Below, piece by piece: positions 57,552 to 64,000 of a DNA stretch of 64,000 bases (position 1 is the first letter of the stretch; each line of letters opens with the position of its first letter). The notes below the pieces were generated by a model, which did not search any database, was not told where the DNA came from, and saw nothing but the letters and a program-made list of their open reading frames with translations. Source of the stretch: Berkelbacteria bacterium GW2011_GWE1_39_12 (GTDB lineage Bacteria; Patescibacteriota; UBA1384; UBA12157); the NCBI GenBank assembly GCA_001029735.1, contig CP011213.1:720298-784297 (forward strand). Reading direction: 5' to 3'. The position numbers and the translations under genes were made by a program.

Positions 57552-58235
57552 ATGAACCCAAACGGTCCTTTGTTGCATTTTGTGATTGCGGCAGGTTTAC
57601 TTGATAGCTTTAATCCTTGCGCAATTGCTGTCTTGCTTATTTTTATTGCTTTAATGTTTACTCTGAGTAAAAACCGCTCAGCAATTTTGAGTATGGGTTT
57701 TGTTTATATCATGTTTATTTTTTTGACTTATTTAGCAATAGGCTTAGGATTGTTAAAAATTATTACGATTTTTAGCATTCCGCATCTTATTGTCAAAATC
57801 GGTGCCTGGATAGTTATTATAGTTGGTCTTTGGGGGTTAAAAGATACTTTGTTCCCAGGTAAACGTAATATCTTGGCTATTCCAATTGGTTCAAGACAGT
57901 TAATCGCTTCATGGGCGACAAAAGCAACTATTCCGGCGGCGGCTGTGACAGGTATCTTAGTTGGTTTAACTGAATTCCCGTGTTCCGGTGCTGTTTATAT
58001 TGCTACCTTAACTTTACTTTCTTCAAGTACGACATTCCTTAAGGGATTGATTTATCTCATTGTTTATAATTTTATGTTTGTTCTCCCGTTAATTGTTCTA
58101 CTCTTAATCGCTGCAAACCGAATGATTTTGGAAAAAATGATTAATTTAGACGAAATGAACTCAGATCGGATTAGAGTAATTAGCGCTCTAATTATGATCG
58201 GTATCGGTATTGTGATTCTAAAGTGGTTCGTGTAA
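57552..58235 (+). CDS. DsbD_2/CcdA-like thiol-disulfide transmembrane protein
   Basis: LLDSFNPCAIAVLL and EFPCSGAVYIATL Cys-containing TM motifs. Confidence 0.45.
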   Translation: MNPNGPLLHFVIAAGLLDSFNPCAIAVLLIFIALMFTLSKNRSAILSMGFVYIMFIFLTYLAIGLGLLKIITIFSIPHLIVKIGAWIVIIVGLWGLKDTLFPGKRNILAIPIGSRQLIASWATKATIPAAAVTGILVGLTEFPCSGAVYIATLTLLSSSTTFLKGLIYLIVYNFMFVLPLIVLLLIAANRMILEKMINLDEMNSDRIRVISALIMIGIGIVILKWFV

Positions 58236-58302
58236 CCTGTGGATAACCTCATGTGCCTAACCATAAAAAAACGCAATTTAACCTGTTAAATTAGCTATTT
58301 GC

Positions 58303-58352
58303 TTGACAAAGAAAACGGCACTCCTGATAATAGATGTGTAACCGATTATCAG
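58303..58352 (+). promoter_or_regulatory. near-consensus promoter (TTGACA-17-GATAAT) overlapped by a perfect 8-bp inverted repeat CTGATAAT-13 nt-ATTATCAG
   Basis: ttgaca 58303-58308; gataat 58326-58331; IR arms 58324-58331 and 58345-58352; GGAGGTG RBS before the ATG at 58387. Confidence 0.5.
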
Positions 58353-58386
58353 GGTTAAATCCCAACACCGGAAGGAGGTGATTTAA

Positions 58387-58590
58387 ATGGCATATTCAGT
58401 GCAGTCCAAGAAAACTGGCGAAACTTACTACTTGCACTCAAAGGACGTTACTTTGAGAGGTGGTCGCCTACAAACCATCTACTTCTTTGCTCGACAAGAG
58501 AAAGAAGGAGCGATGGACGACTTGCCAGCCGGCTATGAAGTCATGGAAAACAGCCGAACTGGTCTTCCAATGCTTCGCAAGGCTAAATAG
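58387..58590 (+). CDS. small hypothetical protein (67 aa), GC-rich
   Basis: strong promoter and RBS; MAYSVQSKKTGETYYLHSKDVTLRGG..; no family recognised. Confidence 0.5.
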   Translation: MAYSVQSKKTGETYYLHSKDVTLRGGRLQTIYFFARQEKEGAMDDLPAGYEVMENSRTGLPMLRKAK

Positions 58591-58735
58591 ATTATCGTAT
58601 CAAGATAAAGAAGACTCGCTATCTCCTGGATATTGCAGGAAAGGCGGGTTTTCTTGTATGCTCATGATATAGGCTTAATGACTTGATTTTTTATTTAATT
58701 TATGGTATACTTTCCATTGTTTAATAGGAGTTCAA

Positions 58736-60094
58736 TTGAAAAGAGTAGAATTATTTTTTACGTTTATTTTAATCCCGCTAGACATCTTAATGGTTGTCTT
58801 GGCGGTCGTTTTAGCATATAAGCTAAGATTGGATTATTCATCGCTTCCGTCCGCCTATATTGAGCCCTTCAATGAGTACTTGAAATTTTTTATTTTCACT
58901 CTACCGGTTTGGTTTGTGGTTTTCTTGATTAACGGACTTTATTCGATCTCTGAAAGAAAAAACGCTTTAAATGAATTTGGTAAGATTGTTGTTGCTGTTT
59001 CAGCTGTAATTGCTTTAGTGGTTGCCTATATTTTCTTGAGCCGAACTTTCTTTTTCTCACGTTTGATTGTGGCCGAGCTATGGGCTTTAGCCATATTATT
59101 GGTTGTTATCGGCCGCTTTATGGTCCGATTTATTCAACGCTCTCTTTATAAACGAAAAATTGGTGTTCATCGTGTAATTATATTGGGTCACAATAGTATG
59201 ACAAAGCCAATTGTGGCGGAATTAAAGAAAAATTATCGTCTCGGATATGAGATTGTTAAGGTAATTGATAAGGATGGTATTGAAAAACTAGATACTATTG
59301 TTTTTAATAACCCCTGTGATGAAATTATGGTCACTGATGCTGGATTACCTGAAAGCCAGATTGCCAAAGTCTTGGAATTCTGTCGTCTAAACGGTTTAGT
59401 TTTTAAAATGACTCCGAATTTATTTTTAGTTAGATCTTCGCATGTTTTAGTCCAATCTTTAGCCGGTGTGCCAATTTTAGAATTTCAAAGAACCCCGTTA
59501 GACGGTTGGGGCAAAATAATCAAGCGATCAGGTGATATTCTCGGATCCTTAATTTTAATTATTATTTTATCTCCAATCATGCTGTTAACAGCTATTTTAG
59601 TTAGATTAACCTCTAAAGGCAGTATCTTGTTTCATCAGGAAAGAGTTGGTTTAGGGAAAAACTTTGTTATATATAAATTTCGTACAATGAGAGAAAATGC
59701 CGAAGAAGAACACGCTAAAATGATGAAAAAATATGGTGTTATGTTTAAACTAAAACATGATCCAAGATTAACGCCGATCGGCAGCTTTTTGCGCAAAACC
59801 AGTCTTGATGAATTGCCTCAATTTTTCAACGTTTTAAAGGGTAATATGAGTCTAATCGGTCCTAGGCCGCCAATGCCGGAAGAGGTCGCAGAATATAATA
59901 ATTGGCAGAAAAAGCGATTAGGTGTAAAGCCTGGAATTACTGGTCTCTGGCAGGTCTCAGGGCGCTCTGAGTTGTCATTTGATGACTGGGTTCGTCTAGA
60001 CGCTTATTATATTGAAAACTGGTCATTATGGATGGATATTCAAATATTTTTCAAAACTATTTGGGTAGTGCTAAAAGGCAGGGGAGCTTACTAA
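58736..60094 (+). CDS. polyprenyl-phosphate sugar phosphotransferase (WbaP/bacterial sugar transferase family), TTG start
   Basis: C-terminal DELPQFFNVLKGNMSLIGPRP and KPGITGLWQVSGRS motifs; TAGGAG RBS 5 nt before TTG. Confidence 0.85.
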   Translation: MKRVELFFTFILIPLDILMVVLAVVLAYKLRLDYSSLPSAYIEPFNEYLKFFIFTLPVWFVVFLINGLYSISERKNALNEFGKIVVAVSAVIALVVAYIFLSRTFFFSRLIVAELWALAILLVVIGRFMVRFIQRSLYKRKIGVHRVIILGHNSMTKPIVAELKKNYRLGYEIVKVIDKDGIEKLDTIVFNNPCDEIMVTDAGLPESQIAKVLEFCRLNGLVFKMTPNLFLVRSSHVLVQSLAGVPILEFQRTPLDGWGKIIKRSGDILGSLILIIILSPIMLLTAILVRLTSKGSILFHQERVGLGKNFVIYKFRTMRENAEEEHAKMMKKYGVMFKLKHDPRLTPIGSFLRKTSLDELPQFFNVLKGNMSLIGPRPPMPEEVAEYNNWQKKRLGVKPGITGLWQVSGRSELSFDDWVRLDAYYIENWSLWMDIQIFFKTIWVVLKGRGAY

Positions 60095-60095
60095 T

Positions 60096-61211
60096 TTGAA
60101 TATAAAAGACTCGAAATTTCTTTCAGAAAAAAAAGTCGCAATTGTCGCAGAAGAATTAACTCAGCTCGGCGGCGCTGAACGAGTTTTGGATTGTATTCTA
60201 GAAATTTTTCCTCACGCACCCGTTTATACTTTAGTTTGGGACAATAAGAAAACACATCGAAGATATGAAAAATTTGATGTCAGACCCTCTTTTATTCAAA
60301 AGATGCCTTTTGGCATAAAAAAATACAAGTGGTATTTACCTCTGATGCCAAAGGCAGTAGAATCATTTAAATTAAAAGAGTATGACTTGGTTATTTCCCT
60401 AACCTCAGCTTTGGTTAAGGGCATTAAAACCAATTCCGATCAAACCCATATCTGTTACTGTAATACGCCAACTCGTTATTTATGGATCGATTCTGAAGAT
60501 TACGTCAAAACAGCCCCAATCCCGTTCTTCGTTCGTCCATTAATGCCAATGGTTTTAAATTATTTAAGAAAATGGGATTTGAAGGCTGCTTTTAGGCCCG
60601 ACTTCTTTATTGCTAATTCAATTAATGTTCAAAAAAGAATCAAAAAATACTATGGGCGAGATTCATTTGTTATTTATCCAACAGTTGATACAACTAAGTT
60701 TAAACCTAGCAAAAAAGAAGATTATTTCTTGTTGGTTAGTCGCATTGAACCATACAAAAAAGTTGATTTAGTTATCGATGCATTTAAAGGTCTTAGAGAA
60801 AATCTAAAGGTTGTTGGCTCTGGTACTAAAATGGATGAAATGAAAAAAGCCTCCCCGAGCAATATTGAATTTGTGGGACGTGTTTCCGATGAAGATTTAA
60901 TTAAGCTTTATGCTGGCGCTAAAGCATTTATTTTTCCACAAGAAGAAGATTTTGGTTTAACGCCAGTGGAATCAATGGCAGCTGGCACGCCTGTGATTGC
61001 CTATAAACGAGGCGGGGCTTTGGAAAGTGTCGTTCCTGGTAAAACCGGTGAATTCTTTTACCCTCAGACAGCCGAAAGTTTGTCTAAAGTAATAAAAAAT
61101 TTCCGTCCAACTAAATACCGTTTAGATATTTTGCAAAAACAGGCATATAAATTCGATAATAAAGTTTTCAAAGAACAGCTTTTAGCGTATATTGAGAGTA
61201 GGCTAAAATAA
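60096..61211 (+). CDS. glycosyltransferase family 4
   Basis: EDFGLTPVESMAAGTPVIA motif. Confidence 0.8.
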   Translation: MNIKDSKFLSEKKVAIVAEELTQLGGAERVLDCILEIFPHAPVYTLVWDNKKTHRRYEKFDVRPSFIQKMPFGIKKYKWYLPLMPKAVESFKLKEYDLVISLTSALVKGIKTNSDQTHICYCNTPTRYLWIDSEDYVKTAPIPFFVRPLMPMVLNYLRKWDLKAAFRPDFFIANSINVQKRIKKYYGRDSFVIYPTVDTTKFKPSKKEDYFLLVSRIEPYKKVDLVIDAFKGLRENLKVVGSGTKMDEMKKASPSNIEFVGRVSDEDLIKLYAGAKAFIFPQEEDFGLTPVESMAAGTPVIAYKRGGALESVVPGKTGEFFYPQTAESLSKVIKNFRPTKYRLDILQKQAYKFDNKVFKEQLLAYIESRLK

Positions 61212-61244
61212 TTAATATTAACGAAAAGTAAAAGAGGAGTAAAA

Positions 61245-61859
61245 ATGGAACTAAAAGAATATTTTAAAATTATTGGTAAACATCTGTGGGTTTTTGTTAC
61301 CATTATATTATTAACAACTGTTTTTGCATTTGGTTTTACTAAAGCAAAACCAACAACTTACACATCGTCAACGACATTCACTGTTAATAAGGCTTCGGCG
61401 CTAAAACAATCTCAGGCAAATTATTATCTTTATGATAATTATTACAATGTTCAATCCTCAGGTCTTTATGCCCAGGTGGTTGCATCTTGGTTTTCATCTC
61501 CTGCTGTCGTCACGGATATCTACCAAAAAGCTGGCATAGCGGTTCCAAATGTCTCGCAAAATACACTAGGAAAAACATTTAAAGCGACCTACGATCAGCC
61601 GTCTGTTATAAATGTTTCAATTTCCGGTTCTGATCAGACAGAGCTGCAAAAATTAATGAATGCAGCTTACGATGTTTTACAAGCCAAAACCGACGAATTA
61701 GGTCAAAATGACGTTTCATTCTACGAACTAGCCAAATTTGAACCAGTCGTAACTAAAGATAATCCTAGTTTAATATTAAACACTGTAATCGGCTTAATCG
61801 CCGGTATTATCTTAGGCGCTTTGATCGCTTTAGCTGTCGAGTACTTCAAGGAAGACTAA
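61245..61859 (+). CDS. short Wzz-like polysaccharide co-polymerase / chain-length determinant
   Basis: N- and C-terminal TM helices flanking a periplasmic domain; C-terminal GLIAGIILGALIALAVEYFKED. Confidence 0.5.
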   Translation: MELKEYFKIIGKHLWVFVTIILLTTVFAFGFTKAKPTTYTSSTTFTVNKASALKQSQANYYLYDNYYNVQSSGLYAQVVASWFSSPAVVTDIYQKAGIAVPNVSQNTLGKTFKATYDQPSVINVSISGSDQTELQKLMNAAYDVLQAKTDELGQNDVSFYELAKFEPVVTKDNPSLILNTVIGLIAGIILGALIALAVEYFKED

Positions 61860-61874
61860 TTGTTTTAAGGGAGG

Positions 61875-63227
61875 GTGTTTGTGGAAAAGAAAACTTCTTT
61901 TCGAAGTTTTGATTCGATAAGATCGAAGAAAAAAATAGCGCCAATAAAACATGCGGCAAAACCTAAAAAAAGTTCTCATAAAAATTGGAGTTGGCTAATT
62001 TTATTATTGGTGCCAGTTTTTGTTTTTTTATCCTTGCTTTGTGTGAGTAAGGTTGTTGATAAAGTAAAAGTGGCGCAAATGTTCAGAAGCGGTCGTTATC
62101 TAGTACTATTCCAAAACAACGCTGAACTTAGGCCAAGCGGCGGTTTTATCGGTAGTTTTGCTGTGATTGAATTTAGAAATTTTACCATTAAAAAAATTGA
62201 TTTTAATTCAAATATCACCAAACTAGATAAAGCGTATGTAGCCGACCATTCAGTGCCCGCACCGGCACCATTAGGTCAAATCGCAAGTGGTAATTGGGCG
62301 ATGCGTGATTCAAATTTTGCTGTTTCTTTTCCAGAAGCTGCGCAAAAAGTCGAATGGTTTTATAGTCAAGAAACAGGGGATAGTGTCGATGGAGTGATCT
62401 CGATTAATGCTTCTGTTTTGCGGGATTTTTTAAAGATAACTGGGCCAATGACGCTTAGTGACCCGGCGGTAACCATTGATTCTGGTAATTTCTTTACCGA
62501 ATTAACCAATCAAATTGAAAATGAATACTTTGATTCTACTGAAAATCAACAAACTAACGAACCGAAAGAAATCTTAAAGACGATGATGCCGGAAGTTTTG
62601 AAGCGAGCCTTATCTATTAATAAAATTAAACTTTACGAGTTTGTCTATGTCAGTTTTAAAGAAAAACAAATCCAATTTTTCTCTAATGATCCAGCAATTG
62701 AACAATCGATCAAGGATTTGGGTTTGGGCGGCGAAGTGAAAGACTTTGACAAAGATTATCTGCAAGTCAATGTCGCCAATATTGGTGGCTCAAAATCTTC
62801 ACAGAATATTAATGAAAATTTAGAATACGAAGTAATTAATCAAAATGGTTTAATGATGAGTGATTTGACTATTACCCGAAAGCATATTGGGACCGGAGTC
62901 TGGCCAGATGGAGTTAATAGGTCGTGGGTTAAGGTTTTGGTGCCTAAAAACACAATATTAAAATCTGCCGACCTTGACGGTTCTGATATTACTGCTAAGG
63001 TAGAAAGTGGGGAAGAAGCTGGTAAGACATATTTTGCCAGTTGGGTGATTACAAAACCACAAACAACTTCCGTCTTGCATCTTAATTATCAATTACCAAT
63101 TTCGCCTGAAAATTATGCAGTTTTGTTACAAAAACAATCCGGCAATTGTGGTGATTTGGTCAGAGTGCTATTAAATAACAACTTGCTTTATAATGGCGTG
63201 TTAAACTCTGATACTGTGGTAAAGTAG
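61875..63227 (+). CDS. membrane-anchored extracytoplasmic protein, DUF4012-like
   Basis: N-terminal TM; LVLFQNNAELRPSGGFIGSFAVIEF block. Confidence 0.4.
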   Translation: MFVEKKTSFRSFDSIRSKKKIAPIKHAAKPKKSSHKNWSWLILLLVPVFVFLSLLCVSKVVDKVKVAQMFRSGRYLVLFQNNAELRPSGGFIGSFAVIEFRNFTIKKIDFNSNITKLDKAYVADHSVPAPAPLGQIASGNWAMRDSNFAVSFPEAAQKVEWFYSQETGDSVDGVISINASVLRDFLKITGPMTLSDPAVTIDSGNFFTELTNQIENEYFDSTENQQTNEPKEILKTMMPEVLKRALSINKIKLYEFVYVSFKEKQIQFFSNDPAIEQSIKDLGLGGEVKDFDKDYLQVNVANIGGSKSSQNINENLEYEVINQNGLMMSDLTITRKHIGTGVWPDGVNRSWVKVLVPKNTILKSADLDGSDITAKVESGEEAGKTYFASWVITKPQTTSVLHLNYQLPISPENYAVLLQKQSGNCGDLVRVLLNNNLLYNGVLNSDTVVK

Positions 63228-63332
63228 AGGTTGAATCAAAGCAAAAACTTTGACATAATGAGAGAAGAAATGTTCCAGGTGAAGGAACTGCTTTTCTTGT
63301 CGTTGTAGAATTAATCAAAAAAGGAGAACCAA

Positions 63333-64000
63333 GTGGCAGAGCAAGAGTATACAGCTAAACAAATTACGGTTTTGGAAGGCCTAGAGCCGGTACGACAACG
63401 TCCTGGTATGTATATTGGTGGTACGGGAATTGAAGGTTTGCATCATTTACTATGGGAAGTTGTGGATAATGCAGTCGATGAAGCAATGGCAGGATATGCA
63501 ACAGAAGCCATAGTTGAGCTTTTACCCGATAATAGAATAACAGTTATTGATGACGGCCGCGGTATTCCAGTAGATATTCACCCGCAAACTAAAAAAAGTA
63601 CTTTGGAAACGGTTTTAACTGTCCTACATGCCGGTGGTAAATTTGGCGGTGGCGGCTATAAAGTTTCCGGTGGTCTTCATGGTGTTGGTGTTTCTGTGGT
63701 AAACGCTCTTTCGAGTTTCATGCGTGCAGAAGTTTATCATAAAGGAAAAATTTATGCCCAGGAATTTAAAAGAGGCAAGCCTCAAGCTGATGTCAAGGTT
63801 GTCGGTACGACCGATAAAAGAGGTACGAGTATCTCTTTTATTCCGGATGAAGAAATATTTCCTTCTCGCGATTTTTCTCTTAACACCATTTTGAATCATT
63901 TTCGTCAGCAAGCATATCTAACTAAAAAAATTAAAATCTCTGTTTGCGATCATCGTAAAGACGAAGAAGCGCCATGCTATACTTTTTATTTTGAAGGTGG
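63333..64000 (+). CDS. gyrB: DNA gyrase subunit B, 5' partial (runs off the window), GTG start
   Basis: AAGGAG RBS then GTG; MAEQEYTAKQITVLEGLEPVRQRPGMYIGGTG..LHHLLWEVVDNAVDEA GHKL ATPase N-terminus. Confidence 0.9.
   Translation, partial: MAEQEYTAKQITVLEGLEPVRQRPGMYIGGTGIEGLHHLLWEVVDNAVDEAMAGYATEAIVELLPDNRITVIDDGRGIPVDIHPQTKKSTLETVLTVLHAGGKFGGGGYKVSGGLHGVGVSVVNALSSFMRAEVYHKGKIYAQEFKRGKPQADVKVVGTTDKRGTSISFIPDEEIFPSRDFSLNTILNHFRQQAYLTKKIKISVCDHRKDEEAPCYTFYFEG

Overview
64-kb window from a low-GC (~36-38%) bacterium with a compact genome. Gene content and organisation suggest a Patescibacteria/CPR-like lineage: many short hypothetical ORFs, a def-fmt fusion, a DUF4012 protein and large secreted DUF11 proteins. 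That placement is inference only. Housekeeping content includes an infC(AUU start)-rpmI-rplT operon, uvrA, rnhB, an RNase P RNA (rnpB), priA, lepB, lgt, lspA, a DEAD-box helicase, and the start of gyrB. There are three tRNAs: Val-GAC, Val-CAC and Gln-TTG. Accessory content includes a complete AmmeMemoRadiSam operon with an embedded class-1 dihydroorotate-dehydrogenase-like gene. There are two metal modules: arsR/thioredoxin-like/ArsP-like permease/Cys-rich protein, and csoR/cupredoxin-like/copA. A YxlE/F/G-like ABC module is present, and a Nudix/VOC/MazG neighbourhood ends in a translationally coupled set of five genes (MazG-like, DUF3795, DUF4145, S51 peptidase, membrane protein). Also present are an OmpR/HK two-component pair with repeated upstream motifs, a MacB/FtsX-type ABC pair beside M23 peptidases, and CapA. 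Two paralogous giant secreted proteins of about 1100 aa carry GH5-like and DUF11 domains, and one has a C-terminal purple-acid-phosphatase domain. A polysaccharide locus contains a WbaP-like transferase, a GT4, a Wzz-like protein and a DUF4012-like protein. Unusual points follow. The priA homolog has mutated Walker A/B and Arg-finger motifs. tRNA-Val and tRNA-Gln are flanked by direct repeats and tRNA fragments, with ~115-bp repeats bracketing a one-gene cassette at tRNA-Gln. An (ATT)12 microsatellite encodes a poly-Ile transmembrane segment. Several compositionally atypical GC-rich small genes occur, one behind a near-consensus promoter with a perfect inverted-repeat operator. No CRISPR array, rRNA or recognisable transposase/integrase gene was seen.
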